A stretch of 62,011 bases of DNA, counting the filler, from Kipferlia bialata (taxonomy: Eukaryota): the NCBI GenBank assembly GCA_003568945.1. It is 6 parts of 6 records of this genome, joined end to end, with 100 filler letters (N's around TTAATTAATTAA, not from the genome) between each part and the next. Parts side by side here need not be neighbours in the genome. Positions count along the whole stretch, not along the records: positions 33,547 to 44,622 come from BDIP01001299.1; positions 44,723 to 55,781 come from BDIP01001300.1; 4 more parts are not named here. The stretch is one strand, 5' to 3'. The position numbers were made by a program, and so were the translations under genes. The first letter of the stretch is position 1. Each line of letters begins with the position of its first letter. Shown here in pieces: positions 40,249 through 54,600 of this stretch. The notes under the pieces are model-generated. The model was not told the DNA's origin. It saw nothing but the letters and a program-made list of their open reading frames with translations, and made no database searches.

Positions 40249-40939
40249 ACTGAGAGAGAGCGAGAGAGTTTGGCCTTGCTCTGCCTCTGCAGCATGGCTG
40301 AGGGTAAGATATATAGTGTTATATATATATATATATATATATCAATATATATGTATGTATATATGTAGAGAGAGTGATAGAGAGTATATATATGTATATA
40401 TGTAGAGATATTGGCCTTGCTCTGACTCTGCAGCATGACTTGGGGTGAGATAGAAGTAGTGTCTGTATGTATATTGTACACAGAGAACCAGTGACTAGAG
40501 TAAATGTACCTGTCTATATGTGGCTGTAACTATGTATATTATACATACGGACGCACACACACACACATAGATCTGTCATATACACACCTACTAGCTCTGC
40601 TGCTTTCTAAGAGACACGTATACACGAATCAGTACCAATATATATAATATCTGGGTGTATCTATCTATCTATATATATATATATACCTACTAGCTCTGCT
40701 GTCTTGTCAGGCTGTCTGGGGTCCTGTGCCAAGGCCTGGGCATAGGAAGGGGGGCTGGGGTGAGGGTGTATATGATTTGACACATGTACCATATATACAA
40801 AAATGATACTGATACATATACCTCTCCTCAGACAGTCTCTTGGTTGGGCTGATGATCATCATGAGGCCACTGGGGACGGCTTCTACATTGGCATCAGCCT
40901 CTGACACAGAGGGGACAGAGGCGGCGGGCACAGGCTCTA
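36882..40939 (-). CDS. yaaA: YaaA / DUF328 (UPF0246) peroxide-stress protein domain
   Basis: MMIISPTKRL...AELAKTLHVSANLAALNHK|RFQEW...PALY|SYDGDSFSAMDP...HRHLRVIS|GLWGCLRACDRIKPYRLCMG|..LYDHW..|VLLNCASGEYSK|AV...VSPVFK...VYTKK|ARGLMVRW...DQIK|GFDLEGYTY...VFTR: all hallmark YaaA motifs, in order. Confidence 0.9.
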
Positions 40940-41599
40940 GAGATAAGAAAACACTGCATACCACTACAATGATATCAATTCTGAACCACTAGTTAAACAA
41001 TGAATCTCTTGTAATAATACAACATAGTAAAATACTACATAATTTACTACAATACCGCAGTCACGGTGCCTTGAGACAAGTTAGAGTCACAAAACCACAC
41101 AGTTCTATCAATCACAGCCCTAATACACACGCTACACCGTGTATCCTACATCTGGCTAAGTCGGTTCAGTCATCGGAAGAGGCAGGCTCGTATTATTGGT
41201 ATTAGCAACCATAATACTAATGTATACATACACATAGACTGTTACTTAACACTATGATGCTGTCATACATATTAATATATATATATTAAATGTAATATAA
41301 TACTATAGTAACAATTATTGTGTGTAATATAGTACACACATGTATATCACATATGTATATACCTCCTGGGCTGTGTGTGCATATATATATAAATTCATAT
41401 ATATATGTATGGGTGTGTACGTTTATCATATATGTATATGTATATATCTCCTGGGCTGTGTGTGCACATGTCCTTGAGACATACACATATGTATGTATAT
41501 ATATATATATATGTATACATTTAGTAATACATATAGTATGGTATACCTCCTGGGCACTAGTATATAGTATATAGTACACACATGCATATCATATATATA

Positions 41600-42332
41600 C
41601 CTCCTGGGCTGTGTGTGCACATGGCCCTGAGAGCACTGGTGTCCACAGTGAGCATGTAGGACCTGGGGTAGGTATATATATCTCTCTCTCTCTATATATA
41701 TATGGGTAGGTATGTAAATACACACACGACACTGGGTACTATATGCACCCAAACATATATATATTGATATTGATTTAGGAATACTAGTGTCCGCATGTAG
41801 GACCTGGGGTAGGTATATATGAATACCCATAAAAGACATACATATAGAAATATACGTTATACAAACATTTGATAACTGTTGTCAGAGTATAAGTTCTGGA
41901 GAAGGTACATGTACACACAAACCAAAATAGCTATGAATAGGAGTAATATACAGGATGATACTATTATATACAAGGAGATAGCTACCTGTATGTGTCCTGT
42001 CATAAGGAGAAGGAATATATGTACATACACACACTAACACACATATATGAGAAGAAGTAAGAGTAATGAGGATTCTTCTCCCCAAAAGTAACCTGTGGGT
42101 GTCACTTCCCTCGTCATAAGGAAGGGGTATATATGTACTAATATATATATATATAGTATCAGTATAGTATATAGTATATAGTATATAATAGTAGTACATA
42201 TGGTATATATAGTATAGTTAAATATAGTATATCTACCTGGGCGTGTCCTGTCCCCGATCACAGGAAGAGGTATATACATATATATATATATATGTGTATA
42301 GTATAAGTATATATAATAATGGTAGTATATAT

Positions 42333-42363
<31 letters not shown>

Positions 42364-43879
42364 GTATATATAGTATATCTACCTGTGCGTGTCCTTTCCC
42401 CCATCGTAAGGGAACGTGAGGTTGGCGAGAACCACATACTCATCTGAGGTGAGGGGAGATGGCATACATATACATTAGTATATATATATACATAGTATAT
42501 ACAGGTATCATACCCTCCTTGACCAGATGACCACATACTCATCTGAGGTGAGGGAGAACGTATACATATACAGGTACATATGTAATCATATACACAAATG
42601 AGAGTATATACATAATATTTGGCTACACTCTACATACACGCATGTATAGATACTTATCAAGTATCCTATAGTATGTATACACAGACGAAAACACACCCTT
42701 TTCGGCGAGTCAACACATATATGCCTACATCCACACATATACACGTATCATGCCCTACTTGACAGGGCAGCATGCAGAACTATAACTATACATATACCAA
42801 TGTATATTACATGACTACAAATATATTGCATATACACCATGAAAGAGTGAAGAGAGAGAGAGGTAAGAGAGAAGAGAGAAGAGAGAGAGAGAGAGACCAG
42901 CCAGCATGCTCAGGAAGTACATTGTATGTAATTATATACATACTCACTATAATATATATAATATATACTATATACTATATAATATCTTATATACTATATA
43001 ATATATATAATATATACTATATCCATAATACATACCCCCCTGGACATGGCAGCATGCATAGTGGCTGAACCCGTCGTGTTCATCGTGGTAGTCCTGAGTG
43101 AGAGGACATCTATAATAGTATATATATAATTGTGTAATAGTACAATAGCATATACATATATGTATGTACAATGGCATTATAGTATATATATATATATATA
43201 ATAGCATATCACACCCATCGTCGTAGTCCTGAGTGAGACTATATCTATAATAGTATATATATACAATGGTATAATAGCATATATGTATAATGGTATATAT
43301 GTATAATGGTATAATAGTACATACATACATGTATCGCCGTAGTCCTGAGTGAGAGGACATCTATAATAGTATATATATAACTGTGTAATGGTACAATAGT
43401 ATATACATATATGTATGTATAATGGTATAATAGTATATATATAATAGTGTATTACACCCGTCGTCGTAGTCCTGGGTGAGGGGACATCTATAATATGTAT
43501 ATATATATATATATAAATTATATAGAATAGTATATCATATATGTATCCACACATAATGAATATATACATTGTCGTAATCCTAAGTGAGAAGACATCTATA
43601 GTAGTAAATCTATATATATATAATGGTATATATGTATAATAGTATATATGTATAATGGTATAATAGTATATACATATTAGTAGTGTAAAACAACCATACA
43701 AATGTGTATATCTGTTCACATCGTTGCACACACACCTCGCCATGTGAAGAGACAGGTAATATCAGGTACATATACACATATATGTGTATACATACATACC
43801 GCGTCCTCCGAGCCAGGCGGCTTGAGTACAATAGTATATACATATATGTATGTATATACTATTGTACAGATCTAATGGA

Positions 43880-43921
<42 letters not shown>

Positions 43922-44458
43922 ATAATAGTATACATACATACCTCGTCCTCCTCGTCCTCCGAGCCAGGCAGCTTGACAACGGGACCCCAGAGGTTTCTGA
44001 CGGATGAGGAGACACTAATACTAAATGTACATTGTATATATAGAGAATTTTGTAGAATGTACACGTTGAATATATAGTTGTCAGAGTCTGGAATAGCGCA
44101 TTAATGAAGGATGAGGGGACTTCTTTGGTAGCAGACACGAGACATGGCAAGTTTACCAGGTTGTTTCATGTAGAATTTCAAAGAAATCTATAAATATTAT
44201 ATATACATACATACACCATACTATAATAAATAGACTGTCAGTAAGTGCATGCCAATGCACACATATATACGTATATATGTGTATCTGACCGTGTCCACGG
44301 GCTGATCTAGATATATATCTAGATATATATCTACATATACATATCTATATATCTATATAGTGCATACATCTATATGCATATTCCATGTATTACCTGACCG
44401 TGTCCACTGGCTGTATGCCCCTGGGCCCAAAGACCAGGGCCATGTTGTCGGGCAGGGC
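41600..44458 (-). CDS. kelch-like repeat exons, phase-compatible with the downstream YaaA exon (possible fusion); 5' truncated
   Basis: ALPDNMALVFGPRGIQPVDTVR|NLWGPVVKLPGSEDEEDE|DYHDEHDGFSHYACCHVQG|DEYVVLANLTFPYDGGKDTHR|SYMLTVDTSALRAMCTHSPG, ending at a phase-1 donor. Confidence 0.6.
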
Positions 44459-44573
44459 CTGTCATTAGTACATATGTATATATATACATACACATATATA
44501 TGAGGTACAACGGTAATAGAGAATGAGAGAGAATGCCCAAACACCAGGGCCATGTTGTCAGGCAGGGCCTAGG

Positions 44574-44622
<49 letters not shown>

Positions 44623-44722
44623 NNNNNNNNNNNNNNNNNNNNNNNNNNNNNNNNNNNNNNNNNNNNTTAATTAATTAANNNNNNNNNNNNNNNNNNNNNN
44701 NNNNNNNNNNNNNNNNNNNNNN
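44623..44722. other. artificial scaffold linker
   Basis: N44-TTAATTAATTAA-N44. Confidence 0.98.
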
Positions 44723-44775
<53 letters not shown>

Positions 44776-45429
44776 CTGAGAAGTGCACTCAGAAGGACGC
44801 TCTCGGGATGTACCCCTACTCCTCCGAGCAAGAGAAGACTGGTTGTCTGCCTCGTCCTGGGTGAGACAAGAGGTAACACATATGAAGGAGAGCTCTTATC
44901 ACCGCATTCAAACCAAGCACAAACAACAGCGCTAGAGTGTCTCTTACCTCACGCTATCACTAGAGAAGGCGCAGTCGAAAGGAATTCTGGAGAGGTAGCG
45001 ACCTGCGGTTGGTTCAGCCGAGATAGGAAGAAGTGCAAGAATGCTCATGAAAATGCAAGTGTTAATCTCTATATAATAACTATGAGACTGAGAGCGTATG
45101 CATCTATATACTGAATCCGGGTATCACCTGTCTCAAACGCCTGTAACTGACCAAGTTTGGTCAGTCCATTGGCGTCGGACTGTCCTGCCACCTCCTGTTT
45201 AGCGTTGCTGTTTGTCTCTCCATGACGAACAAACCAAATCTTGATATCAGCAGATAGACGTGTATGCTTTGGAAATATAATATGCCACTCCCAATAATAA
45301 TAACAATAAGACCTAAATGATGTATCTTCATAAAGAGGATTGTATGACTACACTCACCTCTGTACACGACCCAGAGCAAGAAGGGGGAGCTAGTGTCATG
45401 GGAGTGGGGGACATAGGACAGGGATTCAT
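44776..45429 (-). CDS. histidine phosphatase superfamily branch 1 (PGAM/GpmB/TIGAR-like), 3' truncated
   Basis: IWFVRHGETNSNAKQEVAGQSDANGLTKLGQLQAFET|GRYLSRIPFDCAFSSDSVR|TRQT carries the RHGE, LT.lG..QA and SSD..R..QT motifs. Confidence 0.88.
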
Positions 45430-45984
45430 TGTAACCGGGAGCAAGAGACCCCGCGGTTCAGCCCGGTGCACACCTCTACCCCAATAGGGACAATGAAGAG
45501 TGAAGAAAGGTGTCACAACACTACTGAAAATCTATTGGATTATAATGCCTAGCCAAAACTAATAAACCATAATACTTATGTGGAAAAGTGTACAATACAG
45601 AAACAACCACTATTCCACGCATACACTTCTTCTTCATAGATTCTATGTCGGGGTAGCTCTGATGCTTGACACAACATGGATCACTTCGTGTCACCCGTAA
45701 TAGAGTACGAGCTATAGGTGTTTACTTTTACTACAAATCCAAAAAGGGTCTCAGATCCGGAGAATTCGGAAACTCCGGATTCCATCCGATATTTGTTCAC
45801 AATTAGCTGGAAACCCTACTGGCTGACTTGGACTCCTAAGAACACAGCTCTGTGCGTTTTTCTGTCGGTCCTATAGTAAAGTAAGTAGGAGTGTTGTTTT
45901 AACAGGTCTGGGGAGGTTCTGTGGGGTGTTTTGTGGGTATGGGATGGGTTTTTTCCGTGGTTATAGGGTTGATTCTTACCTCAG

Positions 45985-46368
45985 ATGAAGTACCTCGCTG
46001 CTTACCTTCTTGCTACCCTCGGTGGAAAGGCTGAGCCCACCAAGGAGGACGTGATCGCCGTCCTCGAGTCTGTCGATGCTGAGGTTGACCAGGAGAAGAT
46101 CGCTCTCCTGATCACCAACATGGCCGGCAAGTCCATGGAGGAGGTCCTTGAGGCCGGACGTGGCAAGATGGCTTCCATGCCCTCTGCCGGTGCCGCCGCT
46201 GGACCCGCCGCCACCACCGCCGCTGTTGTGGAGGAGGAGTCTGAGGAGGTACGAGTATTGTATTATCTGTAGTTGTTTCATTTTGTCTTATCTATAGTTG
46301 ATTCATTCTTACCATAGGAGGAGGAGGAGTCTGAGGAGGATTCCGACCTTATGGGCGGACTGTTCTAA
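45985..46368 (+). CDS. RPLP2: 60S acidic ribosomal protein P2 (intron 46249-46317; probable 5'-UTR intron 45881-45984)
   Basis: MKYLAAYLLATLGGKAEPTKEDVIAVLESV...EEESEE|EEEESEEDSDLMGGLF*. Confidence 0.95.
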
Positions 46369-46871
46369 GTGCCTTGTGCCGATGAATAATCTGATTCGTC
46401 AAGTGGCCCAGGCACAGTGCAGTGTGTTGCATGGTGCTGTGGTTGATTACGTCATCTGACGGAGTCTCATAATTATAAATATGTGGCTAGCGCTCGCGCT
46501 GGTACATTATCCTTCTTTGAATGTTGTTGTGTGTTTATCTGTGGGATTGTGTATTGCTAAGAATGGTTGATTGCACTACGATCATTGGAAGGGCTGAACC
46601 GTTGGTTGTGAGACAGAGCCATATTTCTTTCTGGTAGGATATCATAGCTTTGTAATGTCTACAAAAGGTGGTGTGTAGTCGCCCAGAAAGCAATGTGGTG
46701 CTGCTGGCTGTTCATCAGGACGCCAGAGTTGTGAGTCACTCTGAGTCAGACTCTAATGCCAGTCGGACTGGCACTCTCAGAGTGCCACTCTGACACTCGG
46801 CCCCGAACCCTTAGGCACAAATGCAATGTCCTCTCAGATGATTCACTCTCCTGTCTTCTATCGTCATCGAA

Positions 46872-49270
46872 ATGGGCTTATTCTCCTTCCTCTCACGGAC
46901 GGGTGAAAACCCTGGTCCTTTCGAGGGGCTCTCTGCTGACTCTTCAGGTGGGTTTGTAGACGGTCAGTTATATACTCAAGCTTACAACCAGCCATCCTGA
47001 GTACCCCCTTTTCGGATGGAGTGAGTGTCACTGCGTCGAAGACCTTCAGCAAGAACTTCCAGGTGAGTTCCAGTTATTGGCTGTGTTGGGCCTGTCTCAC
47101 CCTAGATCATGCACTCCTTTGGAATGGGTCAGGGCACCAACTACAACATGACTGCTCTGTATGCCGGGGACAGGTCTATGCTGCAGGTGGGCTATGGAGG
47201 CACTGCTAGTGATGAGAGGGATGAGTTCTCCGAGTAACCCAATGATATTGTAATCACCCCAGGGCTCTGTGGACAATGGGGGCAATGTGTCTGGCCGGGT
47301 GAACGTAGTGCCAACAGAGCACGTATCTCTCAAGGTGGGTGCCTCCGTGCGGAGATATGTGTATGAGTATGAATGGTATGTGTGTGAATGGTGTATGTGA
47401 CACCACTATATGGGACATCGGTGCCACCTGTGACTTGTACTCATATACCTCACTCATATATATCATTTATCATATACATCATATGTCATATGCCTCATGT
47501 CAGGCAGCGTTTGAGATGGATGCAGCCTCTGGCGGTCTTAACCTGAGGGGAGACGTCGACTTGGCAGGTGGGTGGCTGTGGCTTCTGTATATGTATGTGT
47601 TTGTTTTCGTATATATGTATGTTAGTGTCTAGTCTCCAATAGGTGTGTGCCTATGACCCCTGATAGAATGATCATCATTCGATGATGTCCCTGACCCCAG
47701 GTGCTGACTTCAACCTCAACTCCATGTACAGCACACAGGGAGACCTCGTCAGTGTCGGATATCTCCAGGTGATTCATATAGTGTGTGGTCTCTCCTGTTA
47801 TCCCTCACATCTGTGTCCCAGTTCATATATATATATGTATATACATATCCTGATGTTTACTGTGTCCCCCTTCTTGCTCTCTCTCTGTAGTATCTGTACA
47901 GTGTGCACATGTGTGACCCCACCCCAGAATGTGACGTCCTCTGTCGCAGTGGGGGGAGAGGGGCTCTACATCGGGGCCAAGAGAATGTCTCTCCTTGCCC
48001 TCGGGGCCAGGTACTCCTAGGCATCTCTCCCACCCTCCACGTCATATTATGTATTATATATTATAGACATTATATATTATAGACTATATATATTGTGTTG
48101 AGTGTGTTGTGTTATGTATATTCCAGTCCTGTCTATGTGTATCACCATCCGTCGTCCCCTGTACCACTAGATGTGTATCCTCATGCCCCATGTGCTTATA
48201 CCCCAGGCACAGCACCCCGGTCACCTCTGCCTCGGTCACAGTCAACTCCCAGAGGACGGTGAGGGCAGATGTGTATATGTGTGATTGGATAGTGTGTGTG
48301 TAGTCTATATAGTCTCTCTCTCTCGCATGGCTGGTGTGAGTGTGAATCCTGTATATATATATGAATCCTATATATATATATATATATATATCCCTGTTTG
48401 TGGCATTCCTGTGACTATATGCACCTCACCCCTCACTGATACTGATACATACCCCATTTATCCTCAGGGTGCCGTGGCCCTAGCCGCTGCGGTCTCTGCC
48501 AACTCCCGTGCCGCTGTCAAGCTGAGTGTGGACTCCCGGTCATGGCAGACAGACGCGGTGGCAGGTGGGGGTGGGATGGGATATTCCCAATTGAACACTC
48601 AGTCTCTCCCCCTCTCCTTCCCACTCCCTCTGATGCATATATGTGTGTATGTATATATAGTGTACAGCATCTGATCTGTACATGCCGTGTGTCTGACTCC
48701 CAGGGATCCAGGTCAACTACCCCAGGGCAGTGGTCAAGGCGACCCTCGGCACCAAGGGCAGGGTGTCCACCACCGTCAAGGCACGCAGATATCATGTGCA
48801 TCATGTATATCATGTATATCATGTATATCATATAGTGACATAGAGAGGAAGGGGGGTATGGGTATCTGGGTGTGTATGTTTATATGGACGGTTTCACATG
48901 CCCTACTTGTGTATATATTCACCTTTCTCTTCCCTCTATACCCTCATCTCAGCACGTGCTATCCCCGGGGGTTGCCGTTGAGATTATGGGAGGGGGTGAT
49001 TGGAAGAAGGGACAAGCCAGGTATATATCATGTGGATTTGATTGTACACACACACACACATATATATATATATATGTTCGTAGACTTGTGTTGTGAATTC
49101 TGTCTCTACCGGTGTTGATACTGTGATATGTATTTGGTATTGTGTCATCCGTGTATATATACGTATGTCTTTGTACTCTCTATGTGTCCTATCATATCAT
49201 ATGATATGTATCGTATGGCTGGGTCCCTCACCTCAGGTGTGGGGTGGGTGTGAGACTCTCCTCTGTCTGA
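46872..49270 (+). CDS. TOM40: Tom40, mitochondrial/MRO outer-membrane translocase beta-barrel (about 13 exons)
   Basis: ENPGPFEGL...GVSVTASKTFSKNFQ|IMHSFGMG..YNMTALY..MLQ|GSVDNGGNVSGRV...VGYLQ|NVTSSVAVGGEGLY... with a C-terminal beta-signal RCGVGVRL. Confidence 0.88.
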
Positions 49271-50234
49271 GACCGAAGTCGGGAGCCGATATAGATACAC
49301 ATATGGATACTGATACACATATGGAAGGTAGCGAAAGTGGTGAGGGGGGGTTGAGGATTCTGACGGCCATTCCCGTATCATATATGTGTGTGTGTGTGTG
49401 TGTCAAGAGCATTCACAGGAGACTTCTTTGTTTTATTGATGCCTCCCTTAAAGCCCTGGATATCCATCATTGATACTATCCGTTATTGATGTATCCACCG
49501 TGGGTATAGGGGGTGGGTAACGCTGAGGGTGGAGAAATAGAGTTTTGTCGTCCATCTACCCTGAAATGGGGCCGGTATGTATATAGATTCTAGTAGTATA
49601 ATAGAGTGAATTTTTAACTCATTTGAGCTTTCACTTCCAAGCCCTGACACTCCTGTGTCTCCACAAGTGAAGGCACAAATCTGACATATGCATAAGGAAA
49701 GACTGAGGCCCACCACCTGTGCCGGCCTACACCCTTCTACTGTCCGAAAGAGGAGAACACGTCAAGAAACGTTACTTGAGCTACACGATACATCTATATA
49801 TTAAATGTGTTACATTTACTCGGCGTCACTTCCAACACTTAAACAGTATGGTTACCTCAAGTATTTGTCCTGATCCACATGTACTAGGCCCAGAACCCAT
49901 CTTGTTACCTCAGGTATAACGGAGTCCATCATCAAGAATGTCATGCATCTGATACTGTATCAGTACCAGTACCAGCACCAGTACCATTACCAATGTCAGT
50001 ATCCGTGACACAGCACCCTCCAGTCTGGTGTCTCAGTACTAGGACGGTCAGAGGCTATCGACGATGGCACACCTGCATAGTGATACTTGTACACTCATAT
50101 ACTGCTAGCGACACTTGGCATGAGGCCATCATGGTTGGGGCTCTCCCTAAGGTTGAGGCCATCAAATGGTTCTACCGCTGTAGCTACTTTGGACACATTG
50201 GGTGGTGCCTGCCTTCTCTAAGGATACAGAGCAG

Positions 50235-50904
50235 ATGCAAGCGTGGGAGAGCGTGTTTCTCACTGTGTACATATCCCTGGTGGCTGTGTTCATGCTGGGC
50301 TTGATGGAGGTGGGTGCGCACTAGTATATACCCTAATAGGTCAACCCACTATATCTCGGAGTTACCGAATGCCCCCCTGACCCCTAGACCATGGGGCTTG
50401 TCCACGTCGTGTCGCGCATCTTCCCCAAGTCAGGTAGTCTGACCCGTGCCCTCTATACGCATCTATGCATATATGTATCTATCTCCTATATACCTAGTGG
50501 CGTTGGATGTGGAAGTCTCCTGTCCATGATATCTCCATGATAAGTCCAGCCTTCAGTCTCATCAGTCTCACCAGTCCCCACCCTACTCTCAGGACTCCTG
50601 ACTCAGCAGATCACGAGTAATCATGTCTGAGTATTGGATATCTCTCACTCCCCAGGCTATGAGCCCTCGAGGAACTACCGCTACGCACTCAACGAGGCAG
50701 CGCGGCAGGTACCATATATATACCCTATGAATACCCTTTGTATACCCTATATACACCCTATATTCACCCTGTATCTATGGTGACACCTCCAACACCAGGT
50801 CGACCCCAAGCACCGCACCCCCGTCCCTATGTCCGGCAGGGGGGTTGGAGCCACACACTGACCGGAGGATAGTTGGGTCGGGTCGACTAATTCCATTAGT
50901 CTAA
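50235..50904 (+). CDS. small single-pass membrane hypothetical protein
   Basis: MQAWESVFLTVYISLVAVFMLGLME|TMGLVHVVSRIFPKS|GYEPSRNYRYALNEAARQ|VDPKHRTP...LIPLV*, phase-consistent; the start may lie further upstream. Confidence 0.6.
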
Positions 50905-51631
50905 TGGGTATTGACAGAGGCCCCCAAGCCTCACTGACTGATATAGACTGATATAGATACACTGTCACATCAGTGATGCGTCCTGTGGCACATGATGTAT
51001 ATGTATATATATATATCATGTATATCAGTCCGATACCATAGGCAGAAAGCAAACACACTCGCCTACATTACTGGATATTTATGGTAGTAAGATCTGAAAG
51101 CGTTTCTCATTGTCCCTTGGACAATAACGAATTGAATATATGAATGTCAATAGATACAGATGTGTGCACTGTATTGAGGTCTCCCTCTCTCTCTACAGTA
51201 TAGGAACCAAGGATCTCTTAGCATCCTAAGTCATCGAACGAAGAGACACTGTAACAAACATCATTGATGGCCACTGATATACAACTGATACAGCTGATAT
51301 AGCTGATACAGCTGATATAGCTGATATAGCTGATAGTTCAGGTGGTAAGGTCGTTGTATCATGGCTACTGTGACATAGGCCATAGGCCATGACGTCATGA
51401 GGCCATATGATGGTCCACGTATGCATGTACACACAACACACATGACCCATGGCTCGGGTCATATCATATGCCATATCATGCCCTGGGCCGATATGCACGT
51501 GCATGTGTATATGTGTATATACACATATACACATACACCCAGGACGGTAGTGTCCCCCATATGGGTGTGGGAATGCCGAGCCCGTCCTATGTCCACCAAG
51601 CCAACGCTGACTGTGTGTCATCTGAACACTG

Positions 51632-54600
51632 TCACATGAGTGTCAACTGGGTCACAACCACCCCCAGATGGCATCCAAAGGGGGCAGCGAGGGAGGGGGA
51701 AGGGTTGGAATCAGTGATATCGGCACTGACGCTGGCTGTGCCAGATGGAGAGGCAGAGGCTGGGCTGGGGTCCAGGGGTGTAGGCACCTGGTTGGCCAGA
51801 CCCCTCAGATACAGTGCTGTTCTGGGCACCGACACCCCCCTGCCCACCAGGCACTGCCACGCCCTGTCTCTGCCCTGGGGGGTCAGGGTCACACTATACT
51901 CATACACCCACACCCACACACCCACACAAATCCCCTACCTTTCTGAGCCTCCTCTTGAGCGATGCCTCCAGGTGCGGTGGGATGTATGCCCTCACAGGGG
52001 GGACAGGAGGGGGGAGGGCGGTACCCCTGGGCCTAGTCTGATACTGCTGCCCGAGCCCAATGCCCTTGCCCAGTGACACTGGGGTCAGGGTAGATGCAGG
52101 CGGATGTATATAATACAGGTATATAATATACATATATATATCATATAGATATATCCATACCATCAGTGGCATGGCATGGTCAGTATATATACTAGAGAGG
52201 ATACATAAACATATGTACTAGTATACATATACATACACACACAGGACCGAGCTCATCCATTACCTGTATATCTCATACCTGTGTTGTTGGTCTTGGTGTG
52301 TGTAGGTGCATGGTGCAGGCCCCCCCCTGCGACACAGACATAGAACAGACCGGTACAGGGGCAGCGGCCACAGATGGTGGTCTGGGGTGGGGATCGACAG
52401 GCAATATGATGTATCATGGTATATATCATGGTAGATAGGAGGTCAGACACCGAACCACTCATGTCACATAGACACACAGACAGACATGTATACACACACA
52501 CATATATATATATATACATCGCATACAGTGACACATATATCATATGTGTATGGCACATGCAATACACCATATACAATCCAAATGCCATATATACCATATG
52601 GTACATATCATACATATATACCCCATATATATCATGCCCATAGGTGGTGTGTCTCACCTGGGTCTGTGGGGGCAGGTGTGTGTCTGTGCTGTGGGGGTAG
52701 GACAGCATAACCTAACGTGAGTCAGGGGTCTAGGGGTGTGTGGAAGTGAGTAATAGGGGGGACTGATGATTCAGGATTGTTGATTGAAAGGGACAACGGA
52801 CTCAGAGACGTCTATATATAGATATCTCTCTATCCATGTACACACATACTCCGCCACCCACTCCAGTCATGATACGATACGATACGATACGATATGATAT
52901 GATATGATATATGATATGATATATGATATGATATATGATATGATATATGATNNATGATATGATATATGATATGATATATGATATGATATATGATATGATA
53001 TATGATATATGATATGATATGATATGATATGATATATGATATATGATATATGATATGATATGATATATGATATATGATATATGATATGATATGATATGAT
53101 ATGATATGATATCCCCGCCCCTGCTACTGCACAGCTGTACATTCATATACTCTCATATGCATATATGCATCAGTCGAATACACGTGCCACCCCCCCCCCC
53201 CTGGTGTGTATCTGTATCTGTATCACCTGGTGTGTGTACACCGCATGTCCCCGGGTGCCCTCCCCGGCATAGGGGTGGGATGGGTTGGATCTGTTGGACA
53301 GCATGGGGAAGATGAGCACCTGGGAACATGAGAGACACGCACACTAGAGACACGCACACTAGATACATGCACACACACATCTAGATACACACGATGGCAG
53401 TATCACCGCCTACCTTTGCTGGTATCCTGCGGCTGAGTGCCTGCTTGGCAAGGAAGGAGGACATGAGGGGGTCGGTGCCTGGGGTGAGACACACACGACA
53501 TCCACTCTATACACACAGAGAGACACGCACTATATATACCAACAGGTACATGCACACACGGTAACCATCTCCTATATCGCATATCGCACATCCCATATCC
53601 TATATATATCCTACATATATCCTATATATATCCTATATATATCCTATATATATCCATATATCCTATATATATCCTATATACATATATGAGTGCAGTGGGG
53701 GAGATGGTTCACAGAGAACGCATAACGAGAATATAATATATTATATTTGTATATATTCAATATATACAAATATACAAATAGTCACAACACATGCATACCA
53801 GCTACCGTATACCCATACCCATACTTAGCTCATTGACAGTCGCCATACACACATACATGCACTCCATACACACACACTATATGTAAACATGAGCATACAC
53901 CTAGCTCATTGACGGCTGCCCTCAGTATCAGCCTGCCCTCCCCCGACCGGTGGGGCCACCTGGCAATGAGAGGCAAGGGGGGTATGGGTACTGGTGTATG
54001 TATATATTAGTATATCCGCACAAAATATATTGGACCGGTAAGGCCATCTGGCGTCCAGAGACAACGAGTACCGGTATCACAGGGGTCTGATATACTCACT
54101 GAGCGATACAGGCAATAGTCTTCAGAGTGGTATATGCATATCTGTATAACAGTGTATACACAGATGGACACACACTCAACAGCCTACCTAGGGCGTCCGT
54201 CCCCCCTGGCCTGTGCTACGTACGGGAAGAGACGCGTGATGGCATCCCCCGTCCTATCAGTGTCAGTGGCAGTCCTATCAGTGGCAGATATATACCATTA
54301 CTTAGTGGCAGTGCCAGGTGGGAGAGGGTAACACACCGATACTTGACATAATGCCCAAGAGCAGTGGCAGGAGGCATTAACAGGTAATAGGGGGAACTGA
54401 TACAAGGTGCATACATACCCATACAATGACGGGACTGGGGCACCCGCAACTACTATACAACCATACACCCATATACCCCTATTCCCATATACCCCTACAT
54501 CTCATGGTACCTGGGGTTGTAGCCCTGGTTACTGTCCACAAGGAAGGGACAGGTGTGGGCAGCCCCGGACACCCGAGTGATGTCTCTACCAGCCTGAGGG

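Noticed and set aside
52802..53146. ISYHI-repeat ORFs and the many Y/I/C-rich ORFs in the track
   Set aside because: They are translations of intronic (GATAT)n, (TA)n and (TG)n repeats.
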